Source: Patescibacteria group bacterium (GTDB lineage: Bacteria; Patescibacteriota; Patescibacteriia; JAHIZJ01). From it: a DNA stretch of 64,000 nt. Every line of letters begins with the position of its first letter. Within the stretch, counting starts at the first letter, position 1. The position numbers and the translations under genes are program-made. The DNA is taken from the NCBI GenBank assembly GCA_041650335.1, contig JBAZLK010000001.1:36940-100939 (forward strand), written 5' to 3'. Shown here piece after piece: positions 17,530-26,294 of the stretch. The notes under the pieces were generated by a model. The model was not told the origin of the DNA, did no database searches, and worked only from the letters and a program-made list of their open reading frames with translations.

Positions 17530-18618
17530 ATGAATAACACGGCAATAAAAAGACAAAGTCAGGCTCAACGGTGGTTTGGCGTCTTGATGTTGATATCGCT
17601 CGTGACCATGATGGTGTTAATGTTCGCGGCACCACATGTTGCGTTTGGCGCAGATCCAGAGACGAACCCTTGCGGTAAAGGCAAGGTAAAGCTCAATGTC
17701 AAGCTCGGCACGACCGAGTGCATCTCTGATATCACGCAATATACGAAGATTTTTTATAACCTTTTTATCGGGGTCATCGGCATCTTCGCTGCAGTCATGA
17801 TCATGTATGCCGGTTTTCAATGGATTTCCGCCTCCGGGAATTCGCAAAAAATTGAACGGGCCAAAGACAGTTTTACGTCAGCCATCATTGGCGTTGTGAT
17901 CGCGCTCATCTCGTACGTTTTATTGAATTTGATCAACCCCATGATCGTTAACCTGCAGCCAATCGCCCTGGAGACAATTACCGGCCAGGCGACCGTCGCG
18001 AACATGGAGCTCTGTAAAAACATGCTCGGCGATAATTGGTCGCAGCAAGTGATCAGTCCAAACGCCAGTTGCGGCGTGCCAAATAATTTAAAAGACGCGC
18101 AGGGTAAGCCAACGGGCGGCCTATGTTATGGACACGAATGCGGATCCGGCACCCAGTGTTTCAACGCGGCCGGTGTCTGGAGTTGTGGTGCCCCCGAGGA
18201 GAAATGCGAGGACGCGGACAGCGGTCGGTGCGCCGCTATCGATGCGATGCTCAGTAATCGTGATGAATTCGGCTGTATTGAACACGAGAATAAATGCGTC
18301 TATGGGCCGATCATACCCCTCCGTCAAGGACAGGGCACGGTCGGCGTTGCGCCAAATGAGTATGAGCGGATTAATTGCGAAACATCGCCAGAGGGTGTCT
18401 GCTGGAAAACGCACGCCTCCGGAGCGGCCCCAACAAAATGCAACGATTATTCCCGGTACAATATGCTGCTTTACTGTACCAACAATGATCGCGCCGTTCA
18501 GGGCGCGCAGTCGGTTTGCGTCCATAGAGTCGGCAGTGATCCGCCGGAATATTATCTCTGGACAGGCGAGGCGCAGGGTGACGATATTAGTATTGGCTTG
18601 TGTGCGGAAACGCTATGA
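17530..18618 (+). CDS. secreted protein: VirB2/TrbC-like hydrophobic hairpin fused to a Cys-rich extracellular domain
   Basis: Start is the ATG at 17530, 6 nt after TGgTATAAT. It has a signal/TM segment, then two hydrophobic helices separated by WISASGNSQKIERAKD, then ~200 aa containing more than 20 Cys. Confidence 0.55.
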   Translation: MNNTAIKRQSQAQRWFGVLMLISLVTMMVLMFAAPHVAFGADPETNPCGKGKVKLNVKLGTTECISDITQYTKIFYNLFIGVIGIFAAVMIMYAGFQWISASGNSQKIERAKDSFTSAIIGVVIALISYVLLNLINPMIVNLQPIALETITGQATVANMELCKNMLGDNWSQQVISPNASCGVPNNLKDAQGKPTGGLCYGHECGSGTQCFNAAGVWSCGAPEEKCEDADSGRCAAIDAMLSNRDEFGCIEHENKCVYGPIIPLRQGQGTVGVAPNEYERINCETSPEGVCWKTHASGAAPTKCNDYSRYNMLLYCTNNDRAVQGAQSVCVHRVGSDPPEYYLWTGEAQGDDISIGLCAETL

Positions 18619-19865
18619 CACTCTCTCCACAAACAAAAAAAATCCTGATTATTGCCGGCCTGGCGGTCGTTGTATTGGTCGTCGGCGTCGCCATTTATTT
18701 TTTCTTTTTCCGATCAATTTTTGAACCGACGAGCAACGGAAACACAAATGGCAATACCAACAACACCAACGACCTTAATCGTTTACCCAACATTAACGGT
18801 AATCGGAACGTAAACGTAAATACGAACGGAAACACGAACAGTGTGTCGAATCTGCCGGACATTTCTGACGTGGCGGACGGCGGTCCGACGAAGGTTACCC
18901 CGATCATCAACAGCCGAACAAAAGACGGCGCGCCCACAAGCGATGGAACTAGCTATGTGTATTACGACCCCGCTACGTATAAGTTTTACAAAGTACTGGC
19001 AAACGGCGAACGCGTCGAAATCTCCTCAAAAGAGTTTTATGATGTTCAGAGCATTGCTTGGTCGCCTGATCGGCAGCAAGCCATCCTCAAGTATCCGGAC
19101 GGCAGTAATTTGTATTATAACTTCAGCGACGGCCTATCCGTGACGCTGCCAAAAGAAATACAGGAGCCGGAGTTTACGGCTTCTGGCAATAAAATCGCCT
19201 ATAAATTTATTGGCGAGCAAGAAGAACAGCAATGGCTGGCAGTCGCAAACCCAGACGGTAGCGAACAGCAGCTGCTTCAAGCGCTCGGCGACCGTGCCTC
19301 CCGCGTCGATGTCAATTGGTCACCCGACGGCCAAGTGGTGGGTATTTATCGGGAGGGTACCGGCCTTGATGAAGAGGAAATATACTTTATCGGCCAGCAC
19401 GGGGAAAATTTCAAATCCTTCACAGTCAAGGGCTCTGGGTTTACCAGCGCCTGGTCACCGCAAGGCGATAAGCTTCTTTATAGCGTCTATAGCGCCGACA
19501 CTGATTATAAACCGACGTTAAGCATTGTCGACGCGCGCGGTGACGCGGTTGGGCTTAATAATACCGCCCTAGATCTAAACACCTGGCCGGATAAATGCAC
19601 CTTTGGTGGCACTGCTCTGTATTGCGCCGTTCCGACCGATCTGGCGACTGGCGCCGGCTTGTCTCGGGATAGCGCCGTCACGGCAAGCGACAATTTCTAC
19701 AGCATTGACCTTGCGACCGGACAAAAAACACTCCTGGCGATTCCCTACAACGGACCCGAAGATATCGGGTATAGCGCTGACGGACTGTATTTATCACCTG
19801 GTGAAGACGCTTTGTATTTTCATAACGCGAAAAACGACAAGCTTGAAAAAATAACGCTCAAATAA
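18615..19865 (+). CDS. membrane-anchored TolB-like beta-propeller protein
   Basis: ATGA overlap with the upstream gene. TM helix, then an NGNTN linker, then repeated WSPD(G/R)Q blades. Confidence 0.6.
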   Translation: MTLSPQTKKILIIAGLAVVVLVVGVAIYFFFFRSIFEPTSNGNTNGNTNNTNDLNRLPNINGNRNVNVNTNGNTNSVSNLPDISDVADGGPTKVTPIINSRTKDGAPTSDGTSYVYYDPATYKFYKVLANGERVEISSKEFYDVQSIAWSPDRQQAILKYPDGSNLYYNFSDGLSVTLPKEIQEPEFTASGNKIAYKFIGEQEEQQWLAVANPDGSEQQLLQALGDRASRVDVNWSPDGQVVGIYREGTGLDEEEIYFIGQHGENFKSFTVKGSGFTSAWSPQGDKLLYSVYSADTDYKPTLSIVDARGDAVGLNNTALDLNTWPDKCTFGGTALYCAVPTDLATGAGLSRDSAVTASDNFYSIDLATGQKTLLAIPYNGPEDIGYSADGLYLSPGEDALYFHNAKNDKLEKITLK

Positions 19866-19866
19866 T

Positions 19867-20610
19867 ATGGCTGAGAAAAAGGTAACGACCACCTCAAAAA
19901 CAAAAACCATCGTTATCGTTGTTGTCGGCTTGCTCGCCTTTCTCGGTTTTCTTTTTGCCTTGATTATGACCCGCTCGACAATAAACTCGATCTCGCGGCG
20001 GCTGAACACGAAGGTGGTTTATGAGGGGGTCTCAGATCCGGTTGACCAGTCCCAGGATGTTTTGGTAACTGTCGCGAATAAAGAAGTGAGCGGGACGCCG
20101 GAAATTCGTGACACCGATCCAGTTCTCGGGACAGCGGCTCCAAAAATCACCATCATCGAATTCGCCAGTTTCGGATCCGGCTATTCGGCGGCGGCTCAGC
20201 CGATTGTTCAGCAAATCATGGACAATTATGGCAGCGAGGTGAAGCTAGTTTTCAAGGATTATTTTAATCAGTCTGATGCAATGGCAAGCCTGGGAGCGAA
20301 GGCGGCCCGCTGCGCCCAAGCCCAAAACAAATTCTGGGAAATGGAAAAACAGATTTTTCAGACCACGGATGGATTTGAGAAATCGGACATTATTGATATC
20401 GCAAAAAATATCGGTTTAACCGAAGACACCTTTACCACCTGCCTCGATAAAACGGAAACCGATTCCGCCGTCAGTCAGAATATCAGCGATGGCATCGAAC
20501 TTCACCTGTCCGCCGTTCCGACGTTTTTTGTCGACGACAAGGTACTGACCGGCATTGTGACGTATGACGAATTTGAGGCACTGGTCATACAAGAACTCGA
20601 AGGAAAATAA
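19867..20610 (+). CDS. DsbA-like thioredoxin-fold protein with the CxxC active site replaced (FGSGY)
   Basis: Paralogous to the CPAC-containing protein at 25392..26135 (EFASFGSGYS versus EYSDFQCPACS), but it has no Cys at the active-site position. Confidence 0.65.
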   Translation: MAEKKVTTTSKTKTIVIVVVGLLAFLGFLFALIMTRSTINSISRRLNTKVVYEGVSDPVDQSQDVLVTVANKEVSGTPEIRDTDPVLGTAAPKITIIEFASFGSGYSAAAQPIVQQIMDNYGSEVKLVFKDYFNQSDAMASLGAKAARCAQAQNKFWEMEKQIFQTTDGFEKSDIIDIAKNIGLTEDTFTTCLDKTETDSAVSQNISDGIELHLSAVPTFFVDDKVLTGIVTYDEFEALVIQELEGK

Positions 20611-20726
20611 CAGAGTCAAACATCACAGATATATAAACGCGGCCTTGTCCCGTGTTTTCGTTTATCTATGGGATATAATAGTGCCCTGAATTTACAATGC
20701 AAAATTCAAAAGTAAAAATTATTGTT

Positions 20727-20757
20727 CCCCGCCTATGGCGGGGTTCATCCATTTTTA
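20727..20757 (+). terminator. hairpin CCCCGCC-tat-GGCGGGG followed by a T run
   Basis: Perfect 7-bp GC stem followed by TTCATCCATTTTT. It lies about 115 nt downstream of the DsbA-like gene. Confidence 0.35.
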
Positions 20758-20885
20758 ATTATTAATTTTGAATTCTGAATTTTCTCCTTGGCCCAAAGAA
20801 AAAAGCAGGCGACTATCTCTTCGGACGCGAGTCCAAAAGAGACAGCCAACCTGCTGTGACAGACAAGAGCAGTACAGACGCGTAA

Positions 20886-21461
20886 CTACGCAGACGGGAC
20901 AGTGCGTGCCCGGGACCGACAGCGTCCGTTGACAGCCACCAGACCGAACAGCTCGAGAACCTCGGCCGGACCGCTGAAATGCTGCAGCGACTCGCCGAAC
21001 TGCTCAACCCATTGGGTCAGAGTCGTCGTGGTGCCCTTGATGGCGCCGCAGTGACCCGTTGCCGTGGGGTGGAGGCAGACCGCGAGCTTAACCTCGCCTT
21101 CTCCGTGGAGTCGTGCCGTGACCAGGCCACGGAAGTCGTGGTGCCCGGCATAGATGAAGCCAGGACGTTCGGGCTTGTACCGACGCAGTTCCTGACAGAC
21201 CTCGCCAACCGGGTCTACGCCAGCCGCTGTGAGCAGGTCCATGGGTCCACCGAGGTGGCGGATCCGAGGATCCGCTGCGAACACGGCGAGCGGCTTGGAG
21301 ACTTCAGGGACCAGGCCATGGATCTGCCCAGGCCCGACCAGGTTGATGCAGGCGTTGAACTGTCTCGCCCCACCGCTTCCACGGAACTCGACATCGAACG
21401 GACTGAAGACACATGACCCGAACGTGTACTTACCCGTCGTTGGGTTGTAGATCCTGCACAT
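20886..21461 (-). CDS. hypothetical protein (high GC, SD-bearing; possible Cys...His hydrolase)
   Basis: GGGAGG lies 6 nt before the ATG. N-terminal MC..., a GSCVF motif and a later HCG motif. The papain-fold idea is speculative. Confidence 0.45.
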   Translation of the reverse strand: MCRIYNPTTGKYTFGSCVFSPFDVEFRGSGGARQFNACINLVGPGQIHGLVPEVSKPLAVFAADPRIRHLGGPMDLLTAAGVDPVGEVCQELRRYKPERPGFIYAGHHDFRGLVTARLHGEGEVKLAVCLHPTATGHCGAIKGTTTTLTQWVEQFGESLQHFSGPAEVLELFGLVAVNGRCRSRARTVPSA

Positions 21462-21950
21462 ACTCGCCTCCCTTTCAGGCAGTATGTAGAAGTGTCGTGA
21501 GGATCCGTCCTCACCGATCTCATGCTAGATGCAATGAGTGTTAAGGATCCCCTGTTACCATACCGTGATGTAGAAGAACGGCGATCGAAGAACCCGCAAC
21601 CTCAGCCGAACTTCATGCGCATGTCAACCCCCTTTGCCGTTGTTGTACCCCCTGTACCCGCATTCCTCGGGATGCTGATCTACCGGATTGCTCCGGAGAA
21701 AATCGCGGGGGGAGCCCGTAACGTTTCAGTGGTCCTTCCATCAACTGGGTAGGGCTTGGTCTGGGGAAAGGGCCCAGGCCGTTCTCCTACTGATGTCGTG
21801 GGCAGACCTATACAGATTTGAATCGCGGGGCTCCCACCCACTAACCTTGCTTTCAAGTGTCTGGTGTGTCGTAGCACGCGAACTAAGATAGCAATGTGCT
21901 ATCAACGAGTATATTCAGATATTGCATTTTTGTCAAGGCAGGGGAGCGCC

Positions 21951-24032
21951 TTATTCCCAGTGAATTGATTCCTTAAACTCGCGCATTTTTTGCCTGATGT
22001 TAGGGTATTGTGTCAATTCGAAATCATGGTGAAGAATATTTTTCGCTATGGTTTGCGCTTTATTGATAATCGGAAAATCGGTTAGTTTCGCGATTTTAAA
22101 TTCTGGAAATCCAGATTGACGTAAGCCGTAGAGTTCGCCGGCCCCGCGCATTTCTAGGTCCTTTTCCGCTAAAGCAAAGCCATTTTGCGAACCAGCAATC
22201 GCATAGAGACGTTGCTGGGCGTTTTCGTTTTCGGTTTCGGTCAAGAGGAAGCAGGAGGCTTGATGACTGCCTCGGCCGACGCGGCCGCGAAACTGGTGGA
22301 GCTGAGCCAAGCCAAAGCGTTCGGCGCCTTCAATCAGCATGACCGTCGCATTCGGCACGTCAATGCCGACTTCAATAACCGACGTTGAAACGAGTATCTG
22401 AATCCTATTCGCTAAAAAATCGCGCATGACTTTTTCGCGACTCGGCGCCGGTAGTCGGCCGTGGAGCAAGCCGATTCTAAATTCTGGGAAGATCTTCTTT
22501 TGCAGCCGCTCGTGCTCTTCACGGGCTGATTTCACGCCGAGCTTGTCTGACGGATCGATCAGCGGGCAAATGACAAACGCCTGTCGGCCATGAGTGATTT
22601 CCTCGGCGATGAACTGATAGGTTTCCTTTCGTTCGTGCGGGGGCACGATCTTGGTACGAATCTTTTGACGGCCTTTTGGCAGTTCATCAATGACCGAAAT
22701 ATCCAGATCACCATAAAAACCGAGTGCGAGCGTTCGTGGGATCGGCGTGGCGGTCAGGCTCAGAAAATGAGGGGACGTCGTCGCGCCGGTTTGTGATTTT
22801 CCAGCCAAGGCTTTCCGCTGGTCTACGCCGAAACGATGCTGCTCGTCGACCATGGCCAGGCCAAGTCGATGAAACGATATTTTTTCCTGGAGAACAGCGT
22901 GTGTGCCGATCAGCAGGTCGACGTCGCCATTTGAGATTTTTCGGGCGAGCGATGTTTGAGTTAAAGGCCTTTTCGTCTGATTCGTCATTTTCAGGCTTCG
23001 AGTCAGAAGCCCGACGGTTATTTTTTCTTTTTGGAAAAGTTTTGAAAAGGTATCAAAATGCTGACCGGCGAGAATTTCGGTCGGAGCCATGAGAACTGAT
23101 TGCCAGCCCTGTTTGGCGGCGTTGAGCACAGCCAGGCTGGCGACGACGGTTTTACCCGAGCCGACGTCGCCGTCCAAGAGGCGGTTCATCGGATGATTTT
23201 TCCCCATGTCCCGCAATATTTGCCAGGCGGCGCGGCGTTGGGCGTTTGTCAGGCGGAAGGGCAGGCGGTCGACATATTTTTTCGTCAGTTCCTGATTGAA
23301 CGGTATGGTTGGTGCCGGGATATGCTCGAGCAGGCGGCGGTTTTGGAGCGTATAGACTTGGATCGGAAAAAGCTCGTCGAACTTAAGGCGCTCAAGCGCT
23401 TTTTTTAAAAGAGAATGACTGCGTGGAAAATGAATTTCCTGTAGGGCGGATTGCTCCTCCATCAACTCAGCCTGTTTTCTGAGGGCAAAAGGGAGATAGT
23501 CAATCGTTCGACGGGCGAGCGGTCTCACCAGCTGGGCGAGAAAGCGAATCTGGCGCTGGGTTAGCCGGCTTGTCGTCGGATAGATGGGCACAAGCCGGCC
23601 AGTATGGATCGCCGGACCGGCTAATTTTTCATATGAGGGGCTGGTAAAATGCAGACCATATTTGTCCATTTCCAGCTTGCCAGCCACGACGATATGATCG
23701 CCCGGCGAAAAGGTTTTCAGTAAGTAGGGTTGGTTAAACCAGATGATTTTTACTGAGCCGGTTTGGTCGCCGACAATCGCTTCAGTGATATAGAGGCGCC
23801 GGCGGAAACTTCGGCGGTTCTGAATGTCTTGAATCTTTCCCTTGATTGTTACCTGGGCGCCTGGGACGAGCTTGTCGATGGTGGTGATCTTCGAAAAATC
23901 TTCGTAGCGCGAGGGAAAATGAAACAAAATATCCTTAGCTGTTCGGAGACCGAGTGTTTTCAGGCGTTGGGCCACTGTTTTCCCAACCGAGTATAATTCC
24001 TCAACCGGCGTATCAAATTGAATGAGTTTCAT
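21951..24032 (-). CDS. recG: ATP-dependent DNA helicase RecG
   Basis: N-terminal wedge/OB region, GDVGSGKT Walker A, DEQHRFG and C-terminal helicase motifs. Confidence 0.9.
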   Translation of the reverse strand: MKLIQFDTPVEELYSVGKTVAQRLKTLGLRTAKDILFHFPSRYEDFSKITTIDKLVPGAQVTIKGKIQDIQNRRSFRRRLYITEAIVGDQTGSVKIIWFNQPYLLKTFSPGDHIVVAGKLEMDKYGLHFTSPSYEKLAGPAIHTGRLVPIYPTTSRLTQRQIRFLAQLVRPLARRTIDYLPFALRKQAELMEEQSALQEIHFPRSHSLLKKALERLKFDELFPIQVYTLQNRRLLEHIPAPTIPFNQELTKKYVDRLPFRLTNAQRRAAWQILRDMGKNHPMNRLLDGDVGSGKTVVASLAVLNAAKQGWQSVLMAPTEILAGQHFDTFSKLFQKEKITVGLLTRSLKMTNQTKRPLTQTSLARKISNGDVDLLIGTHAVLQEKISFHRLGLAMVDEQHRFGVDQRKALAGKSQTGATTSPHFLSLTATPIPRTLALGFYGDLDISVIDELPKGRQKIRTKIVPPHERKETYQFIAEEITHGRQAFVICPLIDPSDKLGVKSAREEHERLQKKIFPEFRIGLLHGRLPAPSREKVMRDFLANRIQILVSTSVIEVGIDVPNATVMLIEGAERFGLAQLHQFRGRVGRGSHQASCFLLTETENENAQQRLYAIAGSQNGFALAEKDLEMRGAGELYGLRQSGFPEFKIAKLTDFPIINKAQTIAKNILHHDFELTQYPNIRQKMREFKESIHWE

Positions 24033-24094
24033 ACCCCAATGGTATCAGATTATTCCCAAAAGCGGAATGCAGATCTAGACTGATCCGCATTCTA

Positions 24095-24679
24095 TTGATA
24101 TACTACGGCCTGATGTTAACCCAATTATTTCAACATATCGACCTCGTCGTCTCTCAGGTTCTGCAGTCGTTCCAGCCGTCCTGGCTGACAGATATTGCCC
24201 GGCACGTCAGCGGTGTCTGCGCGCCGCGATTTGTCGTGCCGGCGCTCATCGTCAGCTTGATCGTCTGGTGGTATTCTCGTCAAAAACACCGTGAGGCAAT
24301 CCAATTCGCGGCGGTCCTTACCGGTAATATTTTCTCATTTATTCTGAAGCCGCTGATTGAGCGGCCGCGCCCAGTTGATGGCGTTGTACGCGTCATGGTC
24401 TATGAGCCAACGTACAGCTTTCCGAGCGGCCATGCCTTGGCTATTGCCCTCGGCGCCGGGTTTCTCTGGCTTTGGTCGAATCACTTCTCGCGGCCTGTCT
24501 GTTGGGTTATCCGATTGGTCGCGATTGTTGCTTTTTTGGCAGTCGGCTGGTCACGCATCTATCTCGGCGCGCACTGGTTGAGCGACGTCGTTGCCGGATA
24601 TGCGATTGGACTTCTCTGGGTCGGGGCAGTCTGGCTCTACTGGCCGAAAGTATTGGCTAGAACTCTAAAAAAGATATAA
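24095..24679 (+). CDS. PAP2-family phosphatase
   Basis: KPLIERPRP, PSGH and SRIYLGAHWLSDV motifs. The ORF-track start is TTG at 24095; an alternative ATG is at 24113. Confidence 0.8.
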   Translation: MIYYGLMLTQLFQHIDLVVSQVLQSFQPSWLTDIARHVSGVCAPRFVVPALIVSLIVWWYSRQKHREAIQFAAVLTGNIFSFILKPLIERPRPVDGVVRVMVYEPTYSFPSGHALAIALGAGFLWLWSNHFSRPVCWVIRLVAIVAFLAVGWSRIYLGAHWLSDVVAGYAIGLLWVGAVWLYWPKVLARTLKKI

Positions 24680-24731
24680 GGCGATCGTCATAATCACAAA
24701 AACCGCGACTGAGCGGTTTTATGTTTTATCA

Positions 24732-24808
24732 TGGTGCGCCCGGCAGGGGTCGAACCTGCGACCTTGAGATCCGCAATCTCACGCTCTATCCAGCTGAGCT
24801 ACGGGCGC
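24732..24808 (-). tRNA. tRNA-Arg: tRNA-Arg (anticodon read as GCG)
   Basis: The reverse complement folds as a 77-nt cloverleaf GCGCCCGTAGCTCAGCTGGATAGAGCG-TGAGA-TTGCGGA-TCTCA-...GGTTCGACCCCTGCCGGGCGCACCA. Confidence 0.85.
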
Positions 24809-24841
24809 GCGTGTATCCATTGTTGGAGTCGGACGCGATTC

Positions 24842-25330
24842 TTAGAGTTTGTACTCGCGACTGATGGTTTCCGAGATATTTTCGTCCTCTTTTGAAATAT
24901 CCTCTTTCAAGTAATCGAGCAAGATTTCCCGCACCTTCGTCGGTTGGGCGCGTTCGAGCGGGATAACGAGCTCGGGCTTCCAAAAGGTTTTAAAATGGAA
25001 ATAGACGAATTTGCTGTGCGGCGGTTTGTATATTACCCAGAATTTTTCGATATCGTCAAATGGGTAGAACTTGGTATTAACCCGAAGCCCGTCTTCCAGG
25101 ATGGTAAACTGAAGCATCTGCGGTTTGCGACGGCCTGAAACGTAGATAACCGTCCAGGCGATCAGGATGATCATGAGGAAGAGAAAGTTGGCCGTGAAGA
25201 GCGACCAGATCATCGCTGCCCCGCCAATCAGGAAAAAGAAGACATACCAGGCTTTCCCGCGCTGGCGCACTTGGTGTTCGGGGAACTTCCAGGTGGCTAA
25301 TTTTTGGCCGCGATCATTCGTTTCGGGCAT
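24842..25330 (-). CDS. hypothetical membrane protein
   Basis: Two TM helices followed by a small C-terminal domain. Confidence 0.5.
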   Translation of the reverse strand: MPETNDRGQKLATWKFPEHQVRQRGKAWYVFFFLIGGAAMIWSLFTANFLFLMIILIAWTVIYVSGRRKPQMLQFTILEDGLRVNTKFYPFDDIEKFWVIYKPPHSKFVYFHFKTFWKPELVIPLERAQPTKVREILLDYLKEDISKEDENISETISREYKL

Positions 25331-25391
25331 AGAGTTTAGCGATAGGTATTAGCGCCTGTATAGTACCATGTTTTTAGGCTCGGTAACAGCC

Positions 25392-26135
25392 TTAGGGTTT
25401 GTTCTTGTCCACGGCGTCTTGCAGAGACTGTTTCAGCTGTTCGTAGGTTGAAAACGGTTGCAGCATTTTTCCGCCGAGATAATAGGTGGGTGTGCCTTCA
25501 ATTGGGATACGCTCGCCGGCTAAGACGGCGTCAGAAACGATTTTTTTAACGGTGTCGGAAGAATAGTCGCTCTGAAATTGGGTTTTATCAAGGCTTAGCG
25601 ACTCGGCGTACTGGGCAAACGTGTTTGCCGGGTCATCAAGCCCTGACCACTCGGCTTGTTTTTCAAACAAAAGATCATGCATTTCCCAAAACTTACCCTG
25701 TTTGCCGGCGGCTTCAGCTGCCCAGGCGGCCGGTTTCGCGTTTGGATGCATGGGGAGGGGAAAGTGGCGGAAAACAAAGGCGACACGATCGTTAAACTCA
25801 GACTCGGCCTGTTTGACGAACGGATACCGGGCGGAGCAGGCAGGACATTGAAAATCGCTGTATTCGATTAAGACAACTTTTGAATCGTTTTTGCCCCTGA
25901 CCCAGTCGCCGCCGGCAACGGCATCAAGAGGTAATTTTGGCGTTTTGGCGGCGCTTTTACTGCCCAGCCAGAAGATGCCGAATATGACGAGCGCCCCAGC
26001 GACGCCGATAATGCTCCAGAGCAATATTTTATTACGGCGCTGTTTGCTGCCTTGTTGTTCGCGACGTTCGGTTTTTTCCTGCCGGCGCAGTTCGCGACGT
26101 TCGCGTTTGGTCAGATTTTGGTTTGGTTCATCCAT
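25392..26135 (-). CDS. membrane-anchored DsbA-like thiol:disulfide oxidoreductase
   Basis: TM anchor, an intact CPAC motif and the FWEMHDLLF region. Confidence 0.8.
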   Translation of the reverse strand: MDEPNQNLTKRERRELRRQEKTERREQQGSKQRRNKILLWSIIGVAGALVIFGIFWLGSKSAAKTPKLPLDAVAGGDWVRGKNDSKVVLIEYSDFQCPACSARYPFVKQAESEFNDRVAFVFRHFPLPMHPNAKPAAWAAEAAGKQGKFWEMHDLLFEKQAEWSGLDDPANTFAQYAESLSLDKTQFQSDYSSDTVKKIVSDAVLAGERIPIEGTPTYYLGGKMLQPFSTYEQLKQSLQDAVDKNKP

Positions 26136-26167
26136 ATGGAAATTGCTATTTTATTAGACGATTATTC

Positions 26168-26257
26168 TGGCGGAGGCGGTAGGATTCGAACCTACGATAC
26201 CTTTGCAGGTATTCCGGTTTTCAAGACCGGCCCGTTCAACCACTCCGGCACGCCTCC
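26168..26257 (-). tRNA. tRNA-Ser: tRNA-Ser (anticodon TGA), long variable arm
   Basis: The reverse complement is GGAGGCGTGCCGGAGTGGTTGAACGG...CCGGT-CTTGAAA-ACCGG...GGTTCGAATCCTACCGCCTCCGCCA. Confidence 0.85.
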
Positions 26258-26294
26258 TGAAGAGGGTGATCATACAATGGCGGGCAACTCGGGT

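Noticed and set aside
21462-21950. Possible RNase P RNA, tmRNA or SRP RNA in the GC-rich gap (a T-loop-like GATTCAAATC and a GGAAAGGGCCC run were noticed)
   Set aside because: None of the universally conserved blocks could be found on either strand. These are RNase P CR-I/CR-IV/CR-V, the tmRNA acceptor/T-arm ending in CCA, and the SRP domain IV motif. It is kept only as an unexplained structured region.
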